NCBI GenBank assembly: GCA_951406725.2
Contig: OX597830.1
Location: forward strand, 46,500,001 to 46,564,000
Reading direction: 5' to 3'
Source of the DNA: Octopus vulgaris
Taxonomy: Eukaryota
DNA: 64,000 nucleotides
The notes beneath the pieces are model-generated. The model saw only the letters and a list, made by a program, of their open reading frames with translations. It was not told the DNA's origin and ran no database searches. Shown here in pieces: positions 35,334-47,603 of the stretch (the first letter of the stretch is position 1; each line of letters opens with the position of its first letter). Made by a program: the position numbers and the translations under genes.

Positions 35334-35569
35334 TTAACCAGATTTCAAAAAACTCCAACACAAATCATCTTCAGTAATCCAAGCCAACTTCATGTCAATC
35401 ACTAAGCTGCATATTGGGTGACAGTAGCCAACCATGGGCAAGTTTTGAGCAACATCGCTGATGCAGGAATTCCTAGAAAGCTCTCAGATACCAACGAGTA
35501 TATGGACCGTCTGCGATGGAAGAATGTATTCATACGCATATATAAATATATAACATAAACTTACATATA

Positions 35570-35796
35570 TATGTTTTTACTAACCACAAGGGGCTAAACA
35601 CAGAGGGGACAAACAAGGACAGACAAAGGGATTAAGTCAATAACATCGACCCAGTGCGAAACTGATACTTTATTTATCGACCCCGAGAGGATGAAAGGCA
35701 AAGTTGACCTCAGCAGAATTTGAACTCAGAACGTAACGACGAAATACGGCTACGCATTTCGCCCGGTGTGCTAACTTTTCTGCCAGCTTGCCGCCT
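35570..35796 (-). mobile_element. SINE family B with TSD
   Basis: TSD TAAACTTACATATA at 35556-35569 and 35797-35810. Confidence 0.92.
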
Positions 35797-36078
35797 TAAA
35801 CTTACATATAGACACGAATACACCCATGCATATATAGTATGTGTATATATGTGTGTGTGCGCGCGCACGCACACACGTAGCCTGTGACACTTGAGGAAAT
35901 ATTTGAGCATACATATACACTCAGACCATTAATTATACAAAGCAAAATCTATGCATCTACCTGCATAAGTACACACACATGCATACACAGGTGTACTGAC
36001 TGACACTGGAAACATACATACATGTATACATAGACATATACACACACAAACATATATATATATATATATATATATACA

Positions 36079-36480
36079 CATCATCATCATCACCATTTAG
36101 CATCCATTGTCCATGCTGACACGGGTTGAAGTTTGACCAGGGCTGGCCAGCTGGAAGGCTGCACCAGACTCCAATCTGATTTGGCATGGTTTCTATGGCT
36201 GGATGCCCCTCCTGATGCAAACACTCCAAGAGTGTAATGGGTGCTCTTATGTGCCATCAACACAGCTGCCATTTGCATGGCACCAGTATCTGACATGACT
36301 ACGACTTTACTTGGCTTGATGGATCTTCTCAGAAGATGGCATAATGTCAAAGGTCATTCATCATTGCCTCTATGAGGCTCAACACCTGAAAGGTGCTTCT
36401 GAAGTGCTACAGGCATCGGCTACCTTGCCTCTATGAGGCCCAACACCTAAAAGGCTACCTTGCCTCTGTGAGGCCCAACA
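36079..36480 (-). mobile_element. RTE 3' UTR fragment
   Basis: (CAT)n then ccatgctg..ggctgcaccagactcc..gctggatgccct; three ttgcctct.tgaggc.caaca units. Confidence 0.8.
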
Positions 36481-36499
36481 AGGCAAACCCTAAAAATGT

Positions 36500-37470
36500 A
36501 TGTACAATTTAACAGCTAACTCAGTTTTCAGGCTTTTTTTTTTTTTTTTTTAGATTTAACCCATTAAAAATAATGAAAGGAGCCAGTCTAAATTTATCTT
36601 GAAGTAGCAACAGCAAGTTTGAAAAGACAAAGCGCAAAGTCAGTTTAAGAGGGAATTTCAAGCAGATCTGCTGATGTGGCTTACCATCACTTGGATTAGA
36701 GATAAGTTTGGAGCAGACGGAACTGTCCAGAATGCCCACAAGAAAGGTTCCTGAAAACCATGGACACTGAAGAGCCCCACGAAGCAAAAAAGGCAGGGAT
36801 TAGAAATGGATTGGCAGAATTCAAGAAAATATGAGCAGCAAGCAAGTTGTTAGATAAGCATTTTAAAATCAAGCATCAACAGTATTCCGAAGTGCTGCCA
36901 TTGGAAAAGTTACATTCCAAGAATAGTCCATGCTTTCATCAAAGAAGATCCAAACTGAAGAATGGAGTTTTGTGAGTGGTAGGTGGCAAAATGTGTAGAG
37001 AATGCACACTTTCCAACAAAGATTGGAGTGATGAGACTACATTTAAATTAAATGGCTTGATTAACCATCGCAGATGCACCTATTAGGGACCTGAGAATCT
37101 GTATATAGTGGAGGAACATCATGTAATATCTACCAGGACGTACAGTATGGTAAGGGGTGAGGTTTAACATCAAAAGGATTAATTGGACCATTCTTTTGTG
37201 ACAGTACTGGCACTGGTCCCATTTACTTGAACTTTCTGTAACAATCTGTCACGACAAGCATTCAAGACGACTTTGAAAGCATAGAGTTTTATTTCCAGCA
37301 ACAAGTTATCGGCCATGCCTGGATCAAGAAGGTCATCAGTTTGAAAATAGAGGCTCATAAAAAAATTAAATTCTGTCTGTGGATTCTTGAAAATTTTGAA
37401 AATGAAATGAATTTAATAAACACTGACTTTATACTTATTTAACGTGTGGACATTCCGGGGGGACATCCTG
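36500..37470 (+). mobile_element. Tc1/mariner-superfamily transposase fossil with right TIR
   Basis: [44 protein letters not shown]; FYFQQ; ends ggacattccggggggacatcctg|TA (37470-37472). Left end lost. Confidence 0.85.
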
Positions 37471-37498
37471 TATATGCACATGCACACACATATATATG

Positions 37499-37714
37499 TA
37501 TCTCTTTACTACCCACAAGGGGCCAAACAAGGACAGACAAAGGGATTAAGTCGATTACATCGATCCCAGTACGTAACTGGTACTTAATTTATCGACCCCG
37601 AAAGGATGAAAGGCAAAGTTGACCTCGGCGGAATTTGAACTCGGAACATAACGACAGACGAAATATGGCTACGCATTTCGCCCGGCATGCTAACGTTTCT
37701 GCCAGCTCGCCGCC
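37499..37714 (-). mobile_element. SINE family B (short internal deletion)
   Basis: Reverse complement of the 14667 consensus. Confidence 0.92.
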
Positions 37715-38769
37715 TTACATATAAACACATACGCTCACAATATATATGGGATCATACGTTTGTTCGTTAATTTCCGTAATTTTTTTAAAATTTCTTTATG
37801 CTTTGAAGAGAGCAGAAATTGAAAGAGAGGAGAAAGTGAAAGATATATGCATGTGTATATAAAATGGACGTGTGCGTGCATGTGAGAGAGAGAGAGAAGG
37901 TGTGTGCTGTCATGCATGTATGTTTCGCATGTATGTTTAAGTGGCACTCGATCGCTCTCTCTTTCTCACAGACACACACACACACACACATTATCTTTCA
38001 TATACACATACATAAATACATATGCCTACATCTTTTTGGTTCAGATTGAAAGTGTGAAACTATTTTCACTTTCTAATGGAACCTGGTCATTGTAAAGCAG
38101 TGTCTTTCAAATAACTACAGCTGGTTGTTGAGACATCTTAGAAAATATGGAAATGAAAATGAAGTTTATTTGGTAGCCATAAGATTACTGAATCTTTTGA
38201 TACACCATACGCCAAAATCGGCAACTCAGTTTTCAAATGCATAAGGAACATATGCACACACACGCACAAACTCTCTTTTATACATATATAAAATACAAGT
38301 AAGATTCAGTTGAATTTAAATTGAGGTACCTCATTAGGTCGGAATAATATACGCACCCAACAATATTAAGTAAATATCAAAGTTGGGCAATTAGACCTAG
38401 CCAAAGGAAGAAATACCCTCTTAGCTATTCAGGCATGTACTTGATATTAAATATAGTGTCCATAATATTTATGAAGGGCAGATTTTGTAACAGGTGAATA
38501 AAATATGAGGAACAAAGAGGTACAAGTGTCAATCTAATTTGTGATTTCAAAAGGATTATATTTCATTTTGTTTTGAAATAATTAGGATTGGAAACAACTT
38601 GAAGAGTTTTTATTGGATATATATGTACCAACTTGGAATAAAGCAACGTCTAAACTTCTATTTTTTTTCCTTTCTGTATACTTTATATATATATATATAC
38701 ACACACATACACACATATATATATATATCTCATCATCGTAATCATTCATCTTCAAAACTTTGGTCCATA

Positions 38770-40935
38770 TAGATATGGAAATGTGTCCGCATGTATGATG
38801 GTTCACTTGCATTTAATGAGGCTGCAAAGAGAGAGACTTGGAGATGCCACAATGAAAGGTTGCTAAATGAGAGAATGAATAGCAAAAAGAGAGTCTGCCA
38901 AATGTCGACCCAGTAGAGGGACCAACTGTCCGAATTGACAGTACCTTGGTAGATAAAGCAATTAAGAGTACGAAGACAAGGAAAGCACCCCAGCCCATCA
39001 GGAATCACCGCAGAGATGCTTAAAATATCTGGTGGTGTCGGCTATAGTCTAGTCACCTGTATAGTTAACCAGGTGATACATGAAGGAGTCATACCCAATG
39101 ACTGGTGTAGCAGCACCATACTCAGCTGCTACAAAGGTAAAGGTGATGCATTAGATACGAATAATTACAGAGGTAACAAGTTGTTGGATCAGGTAATGAA
39201 AGTCAACTAATTAGGGAGAGAGTTAGTTTAGATGAGATGCAGTTTGGGTTTGTGCCAGGGAAAAGCACCACTGATGCTACATTTCTGGTAAGACAGCTGC
39301 AAGAGAAATACCTAGCCAAAGATAAGCCTCTGTACTTGGCTTTTGTTAACATGGAGAAAGCCTTTGACAGGGTCCCCTGATCTCTTATTTGGTGGTCAAT
39401 GCAGAAACTAGGGATAGATGAGTGGTTAGTAAGAGCTGTATAAGCCATGTACAGGGATGCTGTCAATAAGGTGAGGGTTGGTGATGAGTACAGTGAAGAA
39501 TTCCAGGTAGGGGTCCACTAAGGATCAGTCCTCAGCGTCCTCTTATTCATCATAGTCCTCCAGGCAATAACAGAGGAATTCAAGACAGGATGCCCCTGGG
39601 AGCTTCTCTTTGCTGATGACTTTGCTCTAATAGCTGAGTCACTATCAGAACTAGAAAAGAAGTATAAGGTGTGGAAGCAAGGTCTAGAATCAAAGGGCCT
39701 TAGAGTCACTCTAGCAAAAATCAAAGTCTTACTAAGTAAGAAGGCAGACAAATCACAAATCCCTTCAGGTAAATGGCCCTGCTCAATCTGTAGAAAAGCT
39801 GTAGATAGAATTTCCATAAGATGTACCTGGTGTAAGCTATGGACACATAAGAGGTGCAGCAATATCAAGGGAAGGCTAACTGGGAAGACAGTTTTCTGTG
39901 TGGCAAATGCTCAGGAGCAATAAACACTGAAAATGTGCAGAAAACAGATTCCATCACACTCCAGCGGAAAAACTGGAAGTATTTGATCGCTTCTGTTACC
40001 TACATGACCAAATCAGTAGCGGGGGTGGATGCTCTGAGAGCGTAGCTGCTAGAATAAGAATAGCCTGAGCAAAGTTCAGAGAGCTCCTACCTCTGATGGT
40101 GACAAAGGGCCTCTTGCTCAGAGTGAAAGGTAGACTGTATGACGCATGTGTGCAAACAGCCATGCTACATAGCAGTGAAACTGCTAAGGACATGTGTAAG
40201 CTTGCAAAGAATGAAGCTAGTATGCTCTACTGGATGTGTAATGTCAATGTGCATACACGACAGAGTGTAAGCACCCTGAGAGAAAAGCTGGACCTAAGAA
40301 GCATCAGTGTGGTGTGCAAGAGAGATGACTGCGCTGGTATGGTCATGTGATGCATATGGATGAGGACAGCCATGTGAAAAAGTGTCACACCCTAGCAATA
40401 GGGGGAACCTGTGGAAGAGGTAGATGCAGAAAGACTTGGGATGAGGTGGTAAAGCATGACCTTTGAATGTAGGGCCTCACGGAGGTGATGACAAGTGGCT
40501 GAGACCTTTGGAGAGGGGCTGTGCTCGAGAAGACCCGACAAGCCAAGTGAGACCATAACTGGGGCTTATGCCAGCGCAGCATAACCAACCCATTTAAAAG
40601 TACCCTTCAATCATTGGGGTACAAACTGCACTTGCGAAAACTTGTTGAGGCAAGTGAAGTTGTTGTAGCCTATGACAGTACCACCTGAGTGGCACATGAA
40701 AAACACCACTCAAGTGTGGTCGATGCCAATTCCACTTGACTGGTCCTGTGCCGGTGGCACGTAAAAAGCACCCACTACACTCTCAGAATGGTTGGCATTA
40801 GGAAGGGCATCCAGCTGTAGAAACTTTACCAGATTGGATTGGAGCCTGGTGCAGCCTTCGGGGTTGCCAGCCCTCAGTCAAACAGTCCAACCCATGCCAG
40901 CATGGAAAGTGGATGTTGAACAACAATGATGATGA
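38770..40935 (+). mobile_element. RTE LINE, longest copy (RT domain, Cys-rich insert, 3' UTR)
   Basis: GVIPNDWCSSTI..YKGKGDALD.NNYRG; MQFGFVPGKSTTDA; AFVNMEKAFDRVP; LLFADDFAL; GLRVTLAKIKV; many stops; (GAT)n tail. Confidence 0.95.
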
Positions 40936-41085
40936 GGCTCCTCACAGTTTCTGTCTACCAAATCCACTCACAAGGCTTTGGTTGGCCTGAGGCTATAGTA
41001 GAAGACAGTTGTCCAAGACTCTATGTGGGGGGGGGGGGCTGAAACCATGTGGTTGGGAAACAAATTCCTTACCACACAGCCACAT
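40936..41085 (-). mobile_element. SINE A-related 5' half
   Basis: cagtttctgtctaccaaatccactcacaaggctttg..gctatagtagaagaca..cttaccacacagcca. Confidence 0.75.
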
Positions 41086-41119
41086 CTGCACATATGTCTA
41101 TAAACATGTATGTAGATGT

Positions 41120-41435
41120 GTGAAGGCACATGACTTAGTGGCTAGGGTAATTGGTTCAGAATCACAAGTTCAGGAGTTCAATTCCCAGAAGCGAATTGTG
41201 AGCAAGACACTTTATTACATGTTGCTCCAGTTCACTGAGCCAGTGAAAATGAGTTGAATTTCTAATTCTAAGAGCCAGCCATACCACACTCTGTGTCACG
41301 CTGAATTTCCCTGAGAACTATGTTATGGGTACGCGTGTCTGTGGAGTGCTCAGCCACTTGCACATTAATTTCGCAAGCCAGCTGTTCCATTGATTGGATC
41401 AACTGGAACCCTCGCCATCGTAACCAACGGAGTGT
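41120..41435 (+). mobile_element. tRNA-derived SINE (CORE-like, family D)
   Basis: gtgaaggcacatgacttagtggctaggg..gagttcaattcc..gagcaagacactt..gtggagtgctcagccacttgcac; second copy at 42540-42860. Confidence 0.8.
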
Positions 41436-41649
41436 GAGTTATGTACATGTTTGTGTGTCTATAAATTTGTTGACATTTGTAATCCCTGAATATTGTAAGC
41501 TACAGGTTATCGGCCATTTCTCCAGTCAACAAATCACCTGCAAGCTGTGAGCTTTCAAAGAACCCAAAAGACCCTATACTCAAAGAACAGGTTAACAGGA
41601 AGGGCATCAGACTGAAACAACGCCTCAAAAATATATTTGTTTCACCCAA

Positions 41650-42045
41650 GGCGCAGGAGTGGCTGTGTGGTAAGTAGCTTGCTAACTAACAACATGGTTC
41701 CGGGTTCAGTCCCAATGCGTGGCATCTTGGGCAAGTGTCTTCTGCTATAGCCCCGAGCTGACCAATGCCTTGTGAGTGGATTTGGTAGACGGAAACTGAA
41801 AGAAGCCTGTTGTATATATGTATATGTATGTGTGTGTATGCTTGTGTGTCTGTGTTTGTCCCCCTAGCATTATGACAACCAATGCTGGTGTGTTTACGTC
41901 CCCGTCACTTAGCGGTTCGGCAAAAGAGACCGATAGAATAAGTACTGGGCTTACAAAGAATAAGTCCCGGGGTCGATTTGCTCGACTAAAGGCAGTGCTC
42001 CAGCATGGCCACAGTCAAATGACTGAAACAGGTAAAAGAGTAAGT
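41650..42045 (+). mobile_element. SINE family A, full length
   Basis: Near-identical to 27342-27750. Confidence 0.95.
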
Positions 42046-42539
42046 CAGTATGGACATTAAAGTGAACAAATGTATCACACACACACACAGCTGCTCATGT
42101 ATGTATATTTTTCACCTTTTTTACATCCGTTTTCCCATACTAGCCTAGAATAAACAAATATGTGGTGATGGCACTGTGTTACAACCAAATGCCCCTTATG
42201 ACCCCACCCTGCTTTTTATGTGAGTGATCCCTAACTCTTCTACATAGGTGCAGAGGCATGAAGCAACTGGACATGTTATTGACAGAAGTGCCAACAAAAC
42301 CAAGACTTTCAAAAAAATGTAAGCATACATAGCACACAGACACACACACACACATGAACATATACATATACAGACGTTTATGAAAATATATACATTTATG
42401 CAGATGTATGCATATACAGGCAAGACACACAAACACATGCATTATAATAATTGTGATTTAACGTCTGATCTCTGTCTTGGCATGGCTTAGCCACTTTCAC
42501 AGGAACCAGCAAGACAGAGGACTGTGTGCCGAGTTCAAA

Positions 42540-42860
42540 TAATAAGGGGTTAGAGTACCCAGCTTATTGATCATAAGGTCATAAATGCAATTCCCAGGGG
42601 TGCATTGTGTCCTTGAGTAAGACACTTCATTTCACTTTATTGCTCCAGTCCACTCAGCCAACAAAAATGAGTTGTCCCTGTATTTCAAAGGGCCAGCCTC
42701 ATCACACTCTGTGATATATGCTGAATCTCCCTGAGAACTAAGTTAAGGGTACACGTGTCTATGGAGTGCTCATCCACTTGCATGTTAATTTTGCAAGCAA
42801 GCTGTTTGGTTGATTCAATCAACTGGAACCATCATCATCATCATCATAACCACAGAAGTC
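42540..42860 (+). mobile_element. SINE family D copy
   Basis: Aligns with 41120-41435 (ctgaatctccctgagaacta.gttaagggtacacgtgtct). Confidence 0.78.
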
Positions 42861-43924
42861 CGATTATCTAGTTACACACACACACAAATATATCATCACC
42901 ATTGTTTGTAATGTTCACTTTCCCATGCTTGCATTTTGTCAGATGGAATCCATTGAAGCTGATGTTCTACAGCCAGATGCCTTTCCTGCCACTAACCTTC
43001 AACTGTTTCCAAGAAAAATGAGACGCTTTTTTCAAAGAAGATTGAAAATAATGGACACTAATTTGTGTGACATATTTTTCTGTGAGACTTGCACAAGTGA
43101 GGTTGCCAAGTAACTTACAAGACAAAGAAAAGAAGGAAGAAGCTTCCTCAACTGGGTGGGGGGTAGCTTAGAGTCAGAGCATATGTTCTCAAGGTACAAG
43201 AAAGAATAGGTAGGGTGGGTGGGTAAGTTTATAGAGGGGGGTGAGAGGAGATTGACAGATGGTTAGAGATGAGTGTAGAGGTAAACGCAGTGAATGGTGT
43301 ACAAGGAGTAGAGGTATGGTCAATGGTAAATATCTGGCTGGAAGGACAGTGAAAGAAATAGCTGAGGAAGGAGGATGCAATAGGTGGCAGCACAGGAAGG
43401 TGATGTGCACAGTGGAGAGCAGAGAGAGATGGAGAGCTAGAGAAATGGAGGTCAGAGGTAGAGAGTGATGGGCAACAAAGGTGGGATGAAACCATTAATG
43501 GCAGATATATACATGTTTAACACCCTCTGATATCTGCTATCACTCCCAACAAATGACAGCAGATGAGAGGGGTTGTTACTGCAATCCTAAGATGTAGCTC
43601 AAAGGAGAACCAGGGATGACTTGAAGCACAGCAAACGAAGCAAGCAGGGATGTCATTGAGAAAGAGAAATTGATGTTAAAGGAAGTGATTCCATGAAGAT
43701 GGGGATGTAACCAGCAGCACAAAGCGAATGGAATATGAGCAGATTCCACTGTCATGTGATTACAACAGCTAAATAATGCCACTGTTAGAAGAGTGATGGA
43801 GTGACGGGTGTTAGGAAGATGAGGTGGGGAAAACCTTACAGAAGCAGATTGGGTGCAGGGACAGGGTACAGTAACTGAATAGACTAAAACATAATATTTT
43901 TAGGACCTCAGCAAAAATTATGCC

Positions 43925-45450
43925 AATCATCTTGGCCTTGTCATCTCCGCCATGAGGCTCAATACCTTCAGCCCAGCCTCCACTACTTCATCCCATGTCT
44001 TCCTCAGACTCTCTCTTCTACAAGTTCCAACCACTTTACGCAACTGGCACTTCTGCATGCAGCTGTCCTCATTCTTACATATGACCACAACAGACTTCTC
44101 TCTTGTACACACATCTTATGCCTGTTTTTTTTTTTCTTCCCTCTCAGCACAGGCACTTTGTCATACATGCACATTGGTGTTACACAACCACTGCATCATA
44201 TTCCTTTCATTCCTTCCAAGGTTTCACAGGTCCTCTGCATTCAGAGCCCATCTCCCACTACAAGGTGACCTGAATGTTCATACACAAGCTTTGTATAATC
44301 TGCCTTTCACTCTAAAGGAAAGCTCTTTTGTTACCAACAGATGTAATAACTCCCTGAACTTTTTCTGTCCTTTTCTTATTCCAGTAACTATACTTTCAGA
44401 ACATCTACCTCTATTGCTAATTAGGGCACCTAAGTTACAGAACCTATCTACAATATCTAGGAAACTCTTTGGCATCAGAAAGAATCCTACTAGAACTTTG
44501 GTTTTTATTAAGTTAACTTTAAGGTTCTTTGATTCCAGGTTTAGGTTCCACACCTACAATTTCTTTTCTAATTTTACTACGGATTTTGCTATAAGAACAA
44601 GGTCATCAGCATATAGTAGTTCCCAAGAGCAACCAGTCTTAAATTCTGTTGTTATAGCCTGGAGGAGCATAATAAGTAGAAGATAGAACCAAGTCCAGTT
44701 GAATTCCTGCTTGTACACAAGATTTGCTGCTGTACTCACCTTATAGACAGTGTCCTCGTGCAGGCCTTGACTGACTCTCAAGCCATTTGCCTACCCATAG
44801 CTTCTGCAACAACCACCAGATGAGAGAGTAAGGGATCCCATTAAAGGTTTTCTCCATGTCAACAATTACCAGTTGGAGCAGTTTGCTTTTGGCTAAATGC
44901 TTCTCCTGCATTGAAACACTAAGAAGACAGCATTGACAGTACTTCTTTGAACCTCATGCTGTAAAGCATTGGCAAATCTAATTCCTGCCTTTTTCTCTTT
45001 ACACCTGCCAATTAGCTTCTAGTTACTTGGAATAATTCTCTGCTGCCTCATTTTACAATCTTCTCAATTTTTTAGCTCTATCTACCTTACTGTTCACCTT
45101 CTTTCTGGCCAGGACCTTGCACTAGCCACAGATTAGGTCTGGGACTTAGCAATTAGAACCCTTGTTGGAGTTCTACCCAACATATCTGTAGAAGTCACCA
45201 GCCACAACAATAAGGTCATTATCATTTGTCTTCAAAGAAATCTGCAAAGGGATTTCATAAAACTGGTCCTTCCGTTGACAGCCCAGATTGGGGAGCAAAG
45301 ACAAGAGTTAAATGTCACTGTTGTTTTTATCCAATACTTGTCTCAACTTAACTATCCTATCACACACTCTGACTCCCATTTCTCTGCCAACTCCAACAGG
45401 AAGAGGGGTGGTGTAGAAGATTTGTGCAACACTTGTCTCAGCTGGTGAAG
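43925..45450 (-). mobile_element. Older, deleted RTE LINE copy
   Basis: FKTGCSWELLYADDLVLIA; NLKVNLIKTKV; FRELL..KGRLYKACV; RKTWDEVV; endonuclease-like remnants near 45250-45400. Confidence 0.85.
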
Positions 45451-45733
45451 GACTCTTGTACATATCCAACTAATTTAAACAATTACTATTCAATGAATTA
45501 CAACTTCCCTCAATGCCACAAATCATCAGGGACAAGTGCCTGCAAGAAGAGAGAGAAGAAGGGATTGAAAAGGGAGATGGGGGTTTCAGGCTAACCAGAA
45601 GGAGAGAAGAGGTTGCATAGCAGATGACATCAAGGGGAAATGGCAACGGTGAATGCCTACATATATAAACACACACACATAAGTATGTGGTGGCAGTGGG
45701 GAATAATCATAACAAGGTTATACCTGATAATTA

Positions 45734-46049
45734 CAAAAGAACTTCGGTTTATGAATTTAATTCGTTCCTCAAGGCCATTCATCATTCGAAATGTTCGTAA
45801 ATTGAAACTATTTTTCCCCAAAGAAAACTGAAGTTAAGACACGGCGAATACGAGCAGGGATGTGCCCTGAACGAAAATAAGATTGCGACTGACGCTCTCC
45901 CGTCTGAATATTCCTAGCATGTGGCCAACCATTGGGGCTGGTGTTTGTTACTTGAGGCACTGTTCGTCACCGGAGATGTTTTGTTGGGAAAATTGTTCAT
46001 AAACCGATTTGTTTATGATGAGGGGGATTCGTAAACCGAGGTTTCATTG
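45734..46049. mobile_element. Tigger-type MITE
   Basis: TA on both sides; imperfect 22-bp TIR CAAAAGAACTTCGGTTTATGAA vs reverse complement CAATGAAACCTCGGTTTACGAA (17/22). Confidence 0.7.
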
Positions 46050-46994
46050 TATATTAACATAAAGAAGTAAAAAAAAACCGAGATGTGTTCGCTAATCGAT
46101 GTAGTATGCCCTTCAGATAGAAAATAACCCATGATTGAGTGAGAGTTTGGAAGAAATCCCTAGTGATTCCTTTATTATAGAGTGATTCCAAGAGCTAACA
46201 GAAAAAAATGCACAAAACCAGAATAAAATGTTATCGTAAACACAAGAATACACACACTGAGTAAATAATACTAAAAATATGAGAATAAAGAGAAAACCTG
46301 TTCTAATATCATATTAGTAATCATTGTGACTGGAAAAAAAAAAAGCAAAAATGATCAAGACGAGATTTGAACTAAAAAAAAACAAAAAACAATCAGTACT
46401 ATAAATAATTATTTCTAGTCGGGGACAACTTTCTAACCGGTCTCAAATCATCACAACACTTTCCGAGAAACACAATGGAATTATCAAAAACAGAAAATCA
46501 AATTGTATGACGACGTTCATGTATTTTCCATGGGCAACTATCAACGTTGAATAAAATGGGGAAACTGAGAAAGGGAACTGAAACTGGGGTTACAGATTTG
46601 GATGGAGGGGACACAAAGCCAAGTTTTATACGTGGGATCTATATATTCTGTTCAACCGATCTCAGTTTGTTGCTGGACACAAAGATAAAGTGTAGCCCGA
46701 CGGTATTTGAACTCGGGACGAAGATAGACGGGACTGAATATTGCGAGATATTTAATCCGGCATTCTACCGTTTATGCGTGAAGTAATGGCAGTATGAATC
46801 ACTGCCTTTACTTCACAAGATAATAATAATGAGTTTGAGGGGGACGGACACACACATGCATGCATGTGTGTCTATGCTAAGGGTACATTTCGCATTGTGG
46901 GTTAACTTCTCGAGCCGTTAGAATAACAATGCGAACAGCAATAGAATAATTATAGTTTTCGAGACTCATCAGTATATTTTAGTCAGATCGTTTG

Positions 46995-47007
46995 AGATAT
47001 ATATATA

Positions 47008-47043
<36 letters not shown>

Positions 47044-47123
47044 TAGACAGACAGACAGATATAGATAGACAGCCAGATAGATATAGACAGACAGACAGAT
47101 AGAGACAGATAGAGAGATAGATA
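46995..47123. repeat. (TA)n/(GATA)n/(GACA)n compound microsatellite
   Basis: Seen directly. Confidence 0.95.
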
Positions 47124-47567
47124 AATTCCAGTTTAGCCTCTTTATCTATGTCACGAGGGAATGTTGTGTGAGTTAATGACATCGTGTACCAATAACGAAG
47201 GATTGCCAAATTAAATCTACAACTTCAAAAAAAAAGTTACAACCCTAGATACGCCAAACACGAAGGGAAAAAAAGAGACAGTCATGTCTGGAAGGCCGGT
47301 CTAATGTTAATATTTTAGATTCTTCAGTGAATAGCACTTGGTCGTTCGTTCGCCCATCGGTTTCCCGAAAGTCTGCTTGGTCATGGTTGACATGTGCCCA
47401 AACAACCGGGGTCGATCGACCACATAAAATGCACCACCCCGGGCCCCTTCCGTTTTCATCTTCGTGTTTCTCTCCGTCAGACTGTGATTAACATAAAAGA
47501 GGAGACGTGTGTGTGTGCGCGCAATGAGGGAGGAGAAAGTTCGTCAACTCAACCTAATGACCTGGTT

Positions 47568-47603
<36 letters not shown>

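Noticed and set aside
43952-44686. 244-aa plus-strand ORF
   Set aside because: Antisense shadow of the RTE RT fossil on the minus strand.
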